Part shown: in pieces, positions 27,229-36,992 of the stretch
How positions within the stretch are numbered: the first letter of the stretch is position 1
Layout of the letters: each line of letters starts with the position of its first letter
IMG/VR virus record: IMGVR_UViG_3300044769_000068
Coordinates: 36,620-100,619 of that record
Origin: a virus
Direction: 5' to 3' (one strand)
Length of the DNA: 64,000 nucleotides
Made by a program: the position numbers and the translations under genes
The notes under the pieces: model-generated
What the model saw: the letters and a program-made list of their open reading frames with translations, nothing else
What the model was told of the DNA's origin: nothing
Database searches by the model: none

Positions 27229-27851
27229 AGCTCCCCCGTGAATGCGGCGTAGATTCTATCGAGTACAAATCTAACTTTCTTTTTAGGAAATCCGATTTCT
27301 TTTTGCGTTTCTTTAATAAGATTCTCGTATAGAATTGCATCGCCATGAGCAATCTTTGCCTTGATGCTGTCCAGAATACTATTATAACATTCATCTTCTG
27401 GTAGATCAAGCGAGTCAGCAGTAAGTTTGCTCACAAAATCTCTTATCGACGACATGGCTTCAAAGCCATTGTCCGCGTCAGTTGACAATTCTAGATTTAC
27501 ATTCTCATCGTCTAAAGCTATTCTAGACGGGTCGTTTGAGTTCAACGACGTGTCCTTATAGTTGTTCTTCAGATACCAAAGCATCTTGTTCTTGGCTACG
27601 GCAGTAAAGCAGGAGAAAGCGTCCCCACGTTCTTTGTTCCATTTGGGTAGAACCTCTAATATCCCTACCCAAGCTTCTTGTGGCAAGTCATCGTTAATGA
27701 CATTGCTTCTGATGAGTTTGTATCTACTAATAATTCCGTTAATGAGCTTCTTGAATATGGGCTCTAACTCATCAACAATTGTTCTGTCACCGGTCTTCTG
27801 AAACTCAGTGATCTTTAGTTCAACAAAGTCGTTGTCGAAATATTGTTTCAC
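27225..27851 (-). CDS. Phage sigma-70-family factor (region 2 recognisable)
   Basis: DDLPQEAWVGILEVLPKWNKERGDAFSCF..VAKN matches the region 2.2-2.4 pattern. Confidence 0.78.
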   Translation of the reverse strand: MKQYFDNDFVELKITEFQKTGDRTIVDELEPIFKKLINGIISRYKLIRSNVINDDLPQEAWVGILEVLPKWNKERGDAFSCFTAVAKNKMLWYLKNNYKDTSLNSNDPSRIALDDENVNLELSTDADNGFEAMSSIRDFVSKLTADSLDLPEDECYNSILDSIKAKIAHGDAILYENLIKETQKEIGFPKKKVRFVLDRIYAAFTGEL

Positions 27852-28876
27852 GTTAATACATTAAAGATCCGATCTTTGTGCTCTTCAAACACCTGACCCC
27901 ATTCCTTCCGGTTAAATTTAATTATACCGGACTCATCGGCGCTTGTTATGTCTTTGTTTAAGTTGAGTTCGTTTGTTCTTCCCGTAGTGAGTCGCTTTTG
28001 TTCTTTGAGCATTTCGTACGTGGTGAGCGCTTCATCAAACGTTCCGGTTGAGTGATTGAAAATGAGACTGATTTCAAGAAGCGGAGTATACGCCTTGTTC
28101 TTGACGGTTTTGGCTTCAATCTTTTTACCGGTGATCCCGGCAGCCTCATCGATCTTTACAGTATTAGTCGCTTGTAATCTAATCCTCTGGATAGCAGCGT
28201 ACTTAGGTGCGTGGCCACCAGGAGAAGTATATTTTTCGCCAAATGACTGTCCCACATTCTCTCTAAGTTGGTTGACAATTAAGAGAGTAACCTGAGTATT
28301 CTGTAGAGGAATGGTAAGTTTGCGTAGACCCATTGAGTTAACACGTGCTCGGATAGCCATTTCTTTAGTGTATTCATCGCCCTCTTCCATTTCGCATTCT
28401 TTTTTGGCCGGTGTTTGTGCCAAGGAATCCCATATGATAAGTGCCGGCCCTTCCCAGGACTTGTCTTTTAGTTTAGACATGAGTACTTGGGCAATTGTGT
28501 CGTAAACATCTTCAAGACAACCCGGCTGATGATAAATCATTTCTTCCACATCGACGCCCAACATAGTAAGCCGAGCCATAGAAGTGGCAGCTTCAGTGTC
28601 TAAATAGACAACTGGCATGCCTCGCTTTTGAGCTTCGGCTGCTACCATCGCGGCTAATGTCGACTTACCGGACGCTTCTAGCCCAATGATTTCAACTACT
28701 CCGCCTACAATGATTCCACCACCAAGTATCTTGTCTAGAGGCATGAGTCCGGTCGAGATAAAATCAAACGCATCAATAGAAACTTGCTCTGCAGATCCAA
28801 AGATGGCTTCCCGCAATTTTATTAGACCGGGACTCTTCTTGCCGCCTGTCTCTTCTTTTCCAGCTTTAAGCTTCAT
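27848..28876 (-). CDS. recA: RecA/UvsX-like recombinase
   Basis: STG..PLDKILGGG, GLEASGKST, YLDTE, IWDSL, NQLR, PGG. Confidence 0.93.
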   Translation of the reverse strand: MKLKAGKEETGGKKSPGLIKLREAIFGSAEQVSIDAFDFISTGLMPLDKILGGGIIVGGVVEIIGLEASGKSTLAAMVAAEAQKRGMPVVYLDTEAATSMARLTMLGVDVEEMIYHQPGCLEDVYDTIAQVLMSKLKDKSWEGPALIIWDSLAQTPAKKECEMEEGDEYTKEMAIRARVNSMGLRKLTIPLQNTQVTLLIVNQLRENVGQSFGEKYTSPGGHAPKYAAIQRIRLQATNTVKIDEAAGITGKKIEAKTVKNKAYTPLLEISLIFNHSTGTFDEALTTYEMLKEQKRLTTGRTNELNLNKDITSADESGIIKFNRKEWGQVFEEHKDRIFNVLT

Positions 28877-28885
28877 ACGTTCTCC

Positions 28886-29734
28886 TTAAAATGGTACATC
28901 TTCATCTGGACCAGGGCCAACTTGCTCTTCAATAGGCTTGTTGCCACCAGTCCCCACATTCTTGAATCCATCGATATTAGCGGCCAGTTCTTCAGAGCGG
29001 CGATCCATATCTTCTTTGCGAGCTCTGTCTTTTTCGTGTGCAACGACTTCCGCGTTGTATCTTTTCAGCGCCGCGACAACCTTCTCAAGTGTTTCGTCGT
29101 CTGTGATAATTTGCTGTTCAATAAACATTGCCAGAGGCTTTTCGTGTACTGAAACAAGCACCTTCTTGAACCCTTCACTATCAGTCGGAATAGCTACTGA
29201 CTCATCAATCTCAATGTCGAACTTGCCTTCACTGTTAGTGAAGAGTTTGACTCGATGTCTGAAGGCGTCGATAAGATTCAAGTCCTTATCAGTCATAAGC
29301 TTCGACAGCTTGGCAGTGTAGATTTCATAGAGATAATCTTGAAACCAAGCGATCTTGATCTTCTTTTCATTGATGACGTAAGTCAGGAAGAATTTAGTTC
29401 CCACGGCTGTCTTGAAAACCGACTTGGGAACTCTATTTTCTTGCATCCATTTCTGGATAAGATTGCCATTTAATGTATTGATGCGTTCGGCTTTCATGCC
29501 ACCGTATTCTGACATGAACTTATATAGCCCAAAATGTGTGTTGAGTTCTTCGAAGGGATAGTCTATTTCGCATTCATCTTCTGCAAGGTTGATCGATATA
29601 ACCTTAGGCACAATGAAAAATTGGTACACGCCATTCTTCTTGAAACTGAGGTAGTCAACAGTTCCGTTGGCTGACGACCGTTCCATATTTTCTTTATGCG
29701 TTTGTTCAAAAGTCTCTTTAGTCTTGATTTTCAT
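28886..29734 (-). CDS. Putative gp32-like ssDNA-binding protein
   Basis: Adjacent to recA; NGVYQFFIVP N-terminal strand; acidic tail ending DEDVPF. Confidence 0.55.
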   Translation of the reverse strand: MKIKTKETFEQTHKENMERSSANGTVDYLSFKKNGVYQFFIVPKVISINLAEDECEIDYPFEELNTHFGLYKFMSEYGGMKAERINTLNGNLIQKWMQENRVPKSVFKTAVGTKFFLTYVINEKKIKIAWFQDYLYEIYTAKLSKLMTDKDLNLIDAFRHRVKLFTNSEGKFDIEIDESVAIPTDSEGFKKVLVSVHEKPLAMFIEQQIITDDETLEKVVAALKRYNAEVVAHEKDRARKEDMDRRSEELAANIDGFKNVGTGGNKPIEEQVGPGPDEDVPF

Positions 29735-29792
29735 TGCAATCCTCCATGCGAGATAATTTATTATACTACAACTTACATGCCTGAGACGTTAG

Positions 29793-30452
29793 CTACACAG
29801 TGATTTGGGAAATTATTTTCTTTTTAAGAGATTTGGCAAAAGTGTCATTCTCGAAACTGTCTATTTCTACAGTTGCGATATAGTTCATTCTACAAATCTT
29901 CTCCGTAGTAAAGGCTCTTTCAAGAATGTTGATGTCTCTCTTGGCATTGTTAGCGCTCAATACAAAGTAGGTCTTACCGCCAGAGGGCTCATCCTTTGTC
30001 GGCTTATCATTCTGGATAATAGGAACGATGCTGTTGAGAAGCTTCGTAGAATTGATTGTATAGAAAATGTAGGAGGGCTTGGCAGCACCGTCAACTCTTT
30101 TTCTATGTATTCTAATCGTATTGACGTTCTTTAGAAAGTCGGCTTCGAAGAGATTAGAAACGTCTATCTGCTTAGTCTTATCAACGCTAAAGATAGCCAC
30201 TATAGTCTCATTATCAACGACGTCAAAAGTGTCATCGAACTTCTCATTTTTGAGATCGAAAGTATAGAAGCGTTCTTTATCAATCTTATAGACAATAGCT
30301 TTTTCAGTTATGTTGTCTAGCTTAGACAAGAAATCCGCGATTTGTAAGCTGATGAAATTGCCGCTAAACTTGTTTTTCAAAGGCTTCAATGGGAAAAATA
30401 CAGCTATAAGTTTAGTGGTAGAGGTTTTTTCGGTTGATTGCTCTGCGACCAT
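29793..30452 (-). CDS. Hypothetical protein
   Basis: 219 aa ORF with GGAG RBS. Confidence 0.75.
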   Translation of the reverse strand: MVAEQSTEKTSTTKLIAVFFPLKPLKNKFSGNFISLQIADFLSKLDNITEKAIVYKIDKERFYTFDLKNEKFDDTFDVVDNETIVAIFSVDKTKQIDVSNLFEADFLKNVNTIRIHRKRVDGAAKPSYIFYTINSTKLLNSIVPIIQNDKPTKDEPSGGKTYFVLSANNAKRDINILERAFTTEKICRMNYIATVEIDSFENDTFAKSLKKKIISQITV

Positions 30453-31250
30453 TTACTTCTCCTTATTGCGGATATATTTATTCCATGCTGAAAGGTTTTC
30501 TCTTATAGTTCTAGGGTACAGCCAATCGATATCGATTATTTGAAATTTGGGCTGATCTGTTCGTCCTACGATATTGTCTAGCTTTTCGAATCTCGCTTCA
30601 ATGCCGGCTCTAACTTCAGGCGTATCGTATTCTGTGTGACAGAAATTGTTGAACTTCTCTTTGACTTTTTCGACACCGCCAAGCCAACCGAAATGATTTC
30701 CGCAATTAGAAAGATGATACGCATTAGCGTGGAAAGTTCCATCATTTCTATTAGGCCCAGTTCGCAAATAGCTCAAGCTGGGATTTTCACTATATATTCG
30801 TCCTGTTACTGCATACGGATGAGGGCATATGTAGCCCGGCTGCTGGACATTTATATAATAAAAGAACAGCCGCATATCTAGTCTTACTAATCCATGGCGC
30901 CGTGTTTCGGCTACTATTCTAGGGATATTCTCCCCGTTGATTATTTCGTCTATATCTGTTACTATAAGGACGTCATCATTTTCTATGTAGAATGGCCTTG
31001 CAGCAATATCACGTTGCCGTACTTCTTTATCCCATCGCCCCGGGCAATCAGCAAAGTCTTCTTCGTGCGCCACAATATACTTTACTTTGTTCCCGTATTT
31101 CCAAGCAGGGAAAGAGAGCGCTTTCGCTTTACCCGAATGAGTCACTTTAGACTCAACTACAACTATTCTGTCGACATACGGAGATTCTTCTTTTATCTTC
31201 AAATCGAGAAGATCTATTTCGTCGTAAAACATTGTCATGCTATAAATCAT
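30453..31250 (-). CDS. Glycosyltransferase family 17 (beta-1,4-GlcNAc transferase-like)
   Basis: FYDEIDLL, VDRIVVVES..THSGK.K, E..QR, VTDIDEI, HFGW. Confidence 0.85.
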   Translation of the reverse strand: MIYSMTMFYDEIDLLDLKIKEESPYVDRIVVVESKVTHSGKAKALSFPAWKYGNKVKYIVAHEEDFADCPGRWDKEVRQRDIAARPFYIENDDVLIVTDIDEIINGENIPRIVAETRRHGLVRLDMRLFFYYINVQQPGYICPHPYAVTGRIYSENPSLSYLRTGPNRNDGTFHANAYHLSNCGNHFGWLGGVEKVKEKFNNFCHTEYDTPEVRAGIEARFEKLDNIVGRTDQPKFQIIDIDWLYPRTIRENLSAWNKYIRNKEK

Positions 31251-31272
31251 ATCATACCTCTTTTTGTTTTAC

Positions 31273-32961
31273 TTATGGAAGGACACTTCCTGTCGGAAGC
31301 ATGGCACCAGCAGACGTAGTTCCGAAAGTGCTATAGTTTCCGCCGTAGTCGTCCAAATCAGATGATTCATCTCCCGCTTCTGAATCTCCGCCTTCCGCTT
31401 CTTCGTCGTCGTTTATGCCATTATCGTTTTCATCTTCTTCTTCACTGGGCTCTTCATCTCCGCCTCCGCCTTGCTCGGCTTGTGCTGCATCAGCTGCCAT
31501 CTTGGCTTGAGCATAGACAGGGTTGAGGATAATATCGCCCTGAGGAAGTTCTTTATAGCCGTACTGGGCTCTAAGTTCATTAACTGTCTTGAGGTATTCG
31601 ACTTCCTGTCTTTCAAGAGCAATCTTCTGAGATTCAATAAGGTCAGTGTAGCCGTAGAACGAAAATTCAAATTGATCATCTGTAAGCGGACCAACGACGT
31701 ATTTATTTATAGTGGCTTCAATGAATCTAAGCAACGGCACTAGGCCCTTGTCTTTCGAGAACTTAATTCTTTCAAGTGCTGAGCTATCATTAAGAGATCT
31801 TGACTGGCCAGAGACGCCACCCTTATTAGGGAAGTTGATTTCAACAGGGTCGATCTGATAAACACCGCAAATGACGTTTACAAGATATTCTAACCATCTA
31901 CCGAATTCCATGTCCCTATTTGACTGGCCCAAGTTGATCCAATCAATTCCGCCTTCGGAAGCAATAATAGGAGTCTTCCAAGCATTGGCAACTCCGGTTA
32001 TCTGGGCATGCCAAGCTCTACGGAAAGCGTCGAGCTCTTCTCTTGGTACATTGGCTCCCTTAACGTTAAGAATGCCTTTTGGAGTAGATCCTTGAGTGAA
32101 CCACCGCTTGTTATGCTCTTCACCATAGATCTGCGCAGAGATGTAGTTCAGAGCCATCTCTATTTCGGATATGCCATAACCATTGGCTTTTATGTCTGTT
32201 GTAGCATTACGAATAGCAAACGCCATTTCATCATAAGCGTAGGCCGTATAGAGATTGCCGTCAATGAATTGGACATAATAGATGCCCTTTTCAATCTTAG
32301 TCTTGGGATCGGCTAATCTTATGGTTCCCGCATCAACCGCGTAAATGGCCGAGGGCCTGCCGGTGTAAGGATCTTTTACAATTTCAAAACAAAGCTGGTC
32401 AAACGTCAGCGTGTCTCTTACTATCTTTCTGAGAAACGTTTGGAAGTTGTCTCTTTGAGGATCTCTTAATCTTGTAGTGGGCGTGCCGCAGTCGCCAATG
32501 AAATTAGTTAAGTCCATGACTTTCTTGATTTCATCTGGCGTGAGAGAAGGCACTTTCAGATTGGGATTAGCCTGCTTTTGTAGATATTGAAACTTCTTGT
32601 TCTTAGGATAGACAGTATAGCCTATTCTATCGTTTGGCATTATGTATGGCGTAGCAAACATAGCGCACTGATTAATTCGAGTGTTGATGATGGAGGCTAT
32701 GACGCCGTTTCTGTATGAGACTTTTCTTAGTAACTGATAGCTTAGAGCCCATGAAGCGTTCTTGGTTTTGAACTGTAGATAATCAAGAACAAATAGAGGG
32801 TCGTAAAACTTAGTTACTGGTGCCGGGTCTCTTGCATCTTGCTTGTCTAGAATCTTCCCACCTGAGAGCGCTACTTTTGTGGCTTTCTCTAGGGCTTCAT
32901 CGATCCCGCCGTTTACCATAGCGAGTTCTAGACTAACATCTGTTTTCTTTCTTCGTCCCAT
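31273..32961 (-). CDS. Portal protein
   Basis: IVRDTLTFDQ..FE, DAGTIR, GISEIE, FTQGSTPKGIL, RDMEF, DKGLVPLL; long acidic tail; follows terL. Confidence 0.92.
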   Translation of the reverse strand: MGRRKKTDVSLELAMVNGGIDEALEKATKVALSGGKILDKQDARDPAPVTKFYDPLFVLDYLQFKTKNASWALSYQLLRKVSYRNGVIASIINTRINQCAMFATPYIMPNDRIGYTVYPKNKKFQYLQKQANPNLKVPSLTPDEIKKVMDLTNFIGDCGTPTTRLRDPQRDNFQTFLRKIVRDTLTFDQLCFEIVKDPYTGRPSAIYAVDAGTIRLADPKTKIEKGIYYVQFIDGNLYTAYAYDEMAFAIRNATTDIKANGYGISEIEMALNYISAQIYGEEHNKRWFTQGSTPKGILNVKGANVPREELDAFRRAWHAQITGVANAWKTPIIASEGGIDWINLGQSNRDMEFGRWLEYLVNVICGVYQIDPVEINFPNKGGVSGQSRSLNDSSALERIKFSKDKGLVPLLRFIEATINKYVVGPLTDDQFEFSFYGYTDLIESQKIALERQEVEYLKTVNELRAQYGYKELPQGDIILNPVYAQAKMAADAAQAEQGGGGDEEPSEEEDENDNGINDDEEAEGGDSEAGDESSDLDDYGGNYSTFGTTSAGAMLPTGSVLP

Positions 32962-32965
32962 TTAA

Positions 32966-34750
32966 TTACTTCTCCGTTGTTATGTATTTCATCCAATCAA
33001 TAGTCTCGGGATCACCCACCGTGATATTGTGATCTAGTGGGTGCAAATAGTTGTCATCGTATAACAATTTTTGTCTATCGTAAACTGAGGGCTTTTGCTG
33101 CGTATCCGAAACACCAATCCCAAAGGCATCTTTATTAACAAATGAAAAGGACGAACTGTTTCTCTCATTCATTAAGACGAAACCGCCTACAGCAGCTGCA
33201 ATTATACTGTCATCGTGTTTTCCTTCGGAAGCCTGTGGTTTCCCGTTGGGACCGTAAACAAATGACAGCGCTTGATCGAGCCATGTCTTACTGTAAATTA
33301 CTAGCATATTGTTGCGAAGTGCTTCTGCGGCGGTGTCTAAGATAAGAGGCCGAGTAACACTGCTTGATACAAAACCTGGCTTACCATCTTTAGCAAAGTA
33401 AACACTCGGATATTTGTCAAGAATCTTAATTTGATCTTGTAAATAACCGTTTGTGGCCCAATAATTAAGCAGGTGCCCGTGGTTGTTTCTTTCTATAACT
33501 AGTTTTGGGAAGTTGTATTGAGCGCACATATGATACAACAACTTGTAGAATTTTGGCATAGTTAGCTTGTCGGCTATTTCAGCACAAAACTCCACAAATA
33601 TTGGATCTTTATTTAGTCGTAAGATGTATGCAGTTGAGTTGTCTGATTGCGGGTTGCCTTCTGCAGGGTCGGCACATGCTACGTACGTCTCTCCTTGTTT
33701 GAATTCTTTGTAGATAGTAATCTTGTCGTCCATTTGTTTCTTAGACCAACCTGGCTCTATGATGACGCCTTGGTTGTTCTTCTTATCCCAAGTCTTGCCT
33801 TGTTCGTTCCATAAAATTATCGACTTGATGATTTTGGCATCAAAGAACGGTCTACCAGATGAGATAAAGCAAGTAGCATCATCTTCTGGATATTCTTGGA
33901 CAAACTTGTCTTTCAGCGAGGCTTGCTTAGATCTTCTCCAAGCTATTTGCTCGTGAGAAAGATGATGAACGTTGATCATTAATTTTTCATCATCGGTAAG
34001 AGTCTCAATGATATATTGTTCTTCCGATTTTTCGAGCGGGTAAAAATACTCTGGATGATCGAACCATCTATAGAAGTGAGGATACGGAATCTGATTTAGT
34101 TTTCTATCTAGAGCGCTAGTATTCTTAGCGTTAGTATAGTCTGTATGGAAGTGGTTGTAGCCATTAGCCGTCGTTTCATAGATGATGATACCACTCTTAG
34201 GCACTGTTTCAAGCAACGAAGGCATTAATTCTTCAGGACGCTCCCAGAAAGCATATTCAGAAGCGTGCAACAAGTTAATAGTTGTGCCTCGGCCAAAGCC
34301 AACTGATCCAGCTGTACCAATGAAAATTTTGCTGCCGATGTCTTCAAACACAATTTCTCTCTTTGAAGAATATCTCTTAGCGGGTCTAATTTCATCGGGA
34401 AGCTTTTCATACATCAGCTTGGTGATTTCAAAGATTCTAGCAGTAGATTCGGCATCGTGAGCAATAATTGCAGCTGTAGTGTTCGGAACTAAAATACATT
34501 CCGTCAAGAACAAGGCGCATATTAATGTGGTGAAACCTAACTGGCGGGGCTTGAGGATGATATGCCTGTCTACACCTTCGTTGTTTAACTCGACGTACTT
34601 AGAATAGAACATCTTCTGAATAGGGTTGAATACGAAAGGGACGATATAGCGGTCTTTGTCCTTAATACTTATAAATGTTTCTATAAAGTATTGATGGTCG
34701 GAGAGCGCTTTCTGAACTATCTCGTCGGGATTCAATGCGGCTTCGTTCAT
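32966..34750 (-). CDS. terL: Terminase large subunit
   Basis: ILKPRQLGFTT, LHASE, ETTANG, DPAEG, ERNNHG and HDD. Confidence 0.93.
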   Translation of the reverse strand: MNEAALNPDEIVQKALSDHQYFIETFISIKDKDRYIVPFVFNPIQKMFYSKYVELNNEGVDRHIILKPRQLGFTTLICALFLTECILVPNTTAAIIAHDAESTARIFEITKLMYEKLPDEIRPAKRYSSKREIVFEDIGSKIFIGTAGSVGFGRGTTINLLHASEYAFWERPEELMPSLLETVPKSGIIIYETTANGYNHFHTDYTNAKNTSALDRKLNQIPYPHFYRWFDHPEYFYPLEKSEEQYIIETLTDDEKLMINVHHLSHEQIAWRRSKQASLKDKFVQEYPEDDATCFISSGRPFFDAKIIKSIILWNEQGKTWDKKNNQGVIIEPGWSKKQMDDKITIYKEFKQGETYVACADPAEGNPQSDNSTAYILRLNKDPIFVEFCAEIADKLTMPKFYKLLYHMCAQYNFPKLVIERNNHGHLLNYWATNGYLQDQIKILDKYPSVYFAKDGKPGFVSSSVTRPLILDTAAEALRNNMLVIYSKTWLDQALSFVYGPNGKPQASEGKHDDSIIAAAVGGFVLMNERNSSSFSFVNKDAFGIGVSDTQQKPSVYDRQKLLYDDNYLHPLDHNITVGDPETIDWMKYITTEK

Positions 34751-35124
34751 ATCAACATCAGCTTTCTACTTAATTTTACGGGATCATTAATCTCATGCTC
34801 CCAAATTATGATGACTCTCCATCCACACCGCTCAAAACGACTAATTCGTTGCATCGTTTTGTACAGCGGCTCGTTTTTGTGCCAATAATCACCGTACACT
34901 TCAACAACAAGTTTCCGAGTTTTATTAATGAAATCCGGTCTAAGGTTATCGATCTTGAAGGATCCGTCTCCGGTAAAAACAAAGGCTGAACCAAGAACTT
35001 GTTGTAGTTTCCGTTCCAAGCCGTTGGGCCCTGCTCTTCTAGGCCGTCTTTTGATTTGGCTGAGTTGACGTCTGGCTCGAAGAATCTTTTCAATGTCATA
35101 CTCGTACCTATAATCTTTAACCAC
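34747..35124 (-). CDS. Vsr/DUF559-like endonuclease
   Basis: RPDF, VVEVYGDYWH, GWRVIIIWEHE. Confidence 0.82.
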   Translation of the reverse strand: MVKDYRYEYDIEKILRARRQLSQIKRRPRRAGPNGLERKLQQVLGSAFVFTGDGSFKIDNLRPDFINKTRKLVVEVYGDYWHKNEPLYKTMQRISRFERCGWRVIIIWEHEINDPVKLSRKLMLI

Positions 35125-35728
35125 TTAAGCCTCTTGAGGCCCTCTGGTTGATGATCATTTGCGACAAAGTTACGGTGCCTCCGCCTGCTACGACTCCCGC
35201 TGCAGCCTCACCCAACGCTTTACCGAAACTTGGAGATGAAACTTTCTGATCTTCAAGAAGTCTAGCTGCGTGCTCTAATACAAGCGCGGCTGCGTTTAGC
35301 CGAGTTTTGTCTTCATCAGCATGGACAGTCAGTTCTGCTAGAGCGTCCATTGCTGAATCCACTTGTTTGAGAACTTTTGAGAGGATGAGGGTTTTCTGAT
35401 CTTCTGCTATGCGACGCTTGACATCAACGAACTCGTCTGATGTAACTATTTCTTTATATCTATTCTGAGAAATGTTCACAACTTTACATATAGTATCTTT
35501 TGTTTCACTGGAGAACTGGAGAGCGGCTACTTGCTCACAATGCGCGGCGAACTGATCATCTTCAAGTACTGCCACATCGCTTTGAGCGTCAAATTTGTCA
35601 ACTAAAGCTAGCTCGGGTGTCTTTTCTACAACTTCTGTCTTCTGTTGCACTAACTGATTAAGAGTATCTAGTGTGCCTCTTATCTTGCGAATGCTATCAT
35701 TCTGTTGCTTCCTAATATCATTGCCCAT
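35117..35728 (-). CDS. Putative terminase small subunit
   Basis: HTH-like segment followed by helices ending RLNAAALVL; sits upstream of terL. Confidence 0.45.
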   Translation of the reverse strand: MGNDIRKQQNDSIRKIRGTLDTLNQLVQQKTEVVEKTPELALVDKFDAQSDVAVLEDDQFAAHCEQVAALQFSSETKDTICKVVNISQNRYKEIVTSDEFVDVKRRIAEDQKTLILSKVLKQVDSAMDALAELTVHADEDKTRLNAAALVLEHAARLLEDQKVSSPSFGKALGEAAAGVVAGGGTVTLSQMIINQRASRGLSG

Positions 35729-35888
35729 TTTAAACCTCTTTAGTCGTAACCATTCAATTGATTCAGCTATTGGTTTTGGTTACCATCATCTCTATGAAGT
35801 CTTGAAACCATTATACACATTCGTACGTCTTCGAGTTAGTAGCTCGGAAAAATAGTTTTAGAGCTCTGTACGATTGATCGACAAATGA

Positions 35889-35895
35889 TAAATTA
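35889..35895 (-). promoter_or_regulatory. TAATTTA motif, candidate phage late-promoter element for the packaging operon
   Basis: The same heptamer occurs in sense orientation in several intergenic gaps (291, 1297, 36960, 47263, 49240). Confidence 0.4.
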
Positions 35896-35987
35896 GCTTG
35901 CAATCACGGATAAATCGAGGAATTTCTCTTAATATAGTACCTGTCTACGTGTTTTATTTGTTACATTTTACCGAAAGAAGGTGGACG

Positions 35988-36941
35988 ATGTCGGAAGAAC
36001 TCAATGACCTATTTTCTTTTTATATCGAAAACATCGAATTTAAAGAAGAACAGCTCGACAAAGCTTTCATTGATCAATACAAGCGCATCGACTTAGATAA
36101 GTCGACTGGTCGAATTGTTGCAGGTTACGCATCAACACCCGATTTAGATTCTGACGGAGAGACTATTGTTCAGAAGGGCTTAGACATATCATATTATCAG
36201 AAGTCTGGCTGGCTGAATTATATGCATAACAACAATCCGTCCCATGTAATCGGTATTCCTATTGAGTCTTATATTGATAGCAAGGGTTTCTACACAAAAG
36301 CGATGCTGCTTAATAACGATATGGCGAATGATGTTTGGAAACTCGAACAACAGCTCAAGTCTTTAGGCTATCCCCGTCACTTAGGTTTCTCGATAGAAGG
36401 CAAAGTAGTTGGCCGATCTGCCGTAAATAAATCAAAAATCATCAAGGCTAAAGTCACGAATGTTGCTATTACGCACATTCCCGTGAATACATTTGCGACG
36501 TTTGAAACAGTCTCGAAGTCTTTTGTTCCTCCGACTTACGACGAAGTGGTCGGCTATATAATGAAAGACCTCCCGTTAAAGAAAGACTTGGCGGCATTGA
36601 GTGCCTCACCCGGTCTCAATGCTGGTAGTAGTTTTGGAAGCGACAACTATACTGGTGGCGAAGTTTTGAGAACAGAGTCACTAGAAGGCGCAAATGCAAA
36701 CGCTTACAAAGGGAAAGCAGTCACAGGGAACGATAGAACGTCCGAACAAGAACTTGATGAACGTCTCAACTCAGCCTACCGTAGTGCTCACAAATCCCAT
36801 TCAGAATTAATAACTTTACTAAAGGCTGTCCACCCTGCAGCCTCTGAAAACTTGTTAGAAGAGATCACTAATCTCGTCTATAAGGCAAAGGGTATCGACA
36901 ATTTTATCAAAATAATTAGCGAATCAGAGGTATTAAAGTAA
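35988..36941 (+). CDS. Prohead maturation protease (HK97-type)
   Basis: AGYASTPDLDSDGE, NYMH, LGFSIEG, VAITHIPVN; start set at ATG 35988 behind GAAGGTGG. Confidence 0.88.
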   Translation: MSEELNDLFSFYIENIEFKEEQLDKAFIDQYKRIDLDKSTGRIVAGYASTPDLDSDGETIVQKGLDISYYQKSGWLNYMHNNNPSHVIGIPIESYIDSKGFYTKAMLLNNDMANDVWKLEQQLKSLGYPRHLGFSIEGKVVGRSAVNKSKIIKAKVTNVAITHIPVNTFATFETVSKSFVPPTYDEVVGYIMKDLPLKKDLAALSASPGLNAGSSFGSDNYTGGEVLRTESLEGANANAYKGKAVTGNDRTSEQELDERLNSAYRSAHKSHSELITLLKAVHPAASENLLEEITNLVYKAKGIDNFIKIISESEVLK

Positions 36942-36959
36942 AAACTCGTTGTTTTTTAC

Positions 36960-36966
36960 TAATTTA
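36960..36966 (+). promoter_or_regulatory. TAATTTA motif upstream of the scaffold/MCP genes
   Basis: Intergenic, about 27 nt before the ATG. Confidence 0.4.
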
Positions 36967-36992
36967 ATACTCGTTACACGGAGGAAAAGTGA

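Noticed and set aside
29760-29765. TATAAT on the minus strand upstream of the SSB-recA operon
   Set aside because: No convincing -35 or extended -10; a lone hexamer in AT-rich DNA is insufficient (the same applies to TATAAT near 35810).
9512-34750. Possible inteins or introns in DnaE, RNR, RecA or TerL
   Set aside because: The ORFs are continuous, lengths are explained by the recognised domains, and no C...HN splice motifs were seen.
35898-35987. N-terminal extension of the protease from TTG 35898
   Set aside because: ATG 35988 has a good RBS, and the extension covers the divergent promoter gap.
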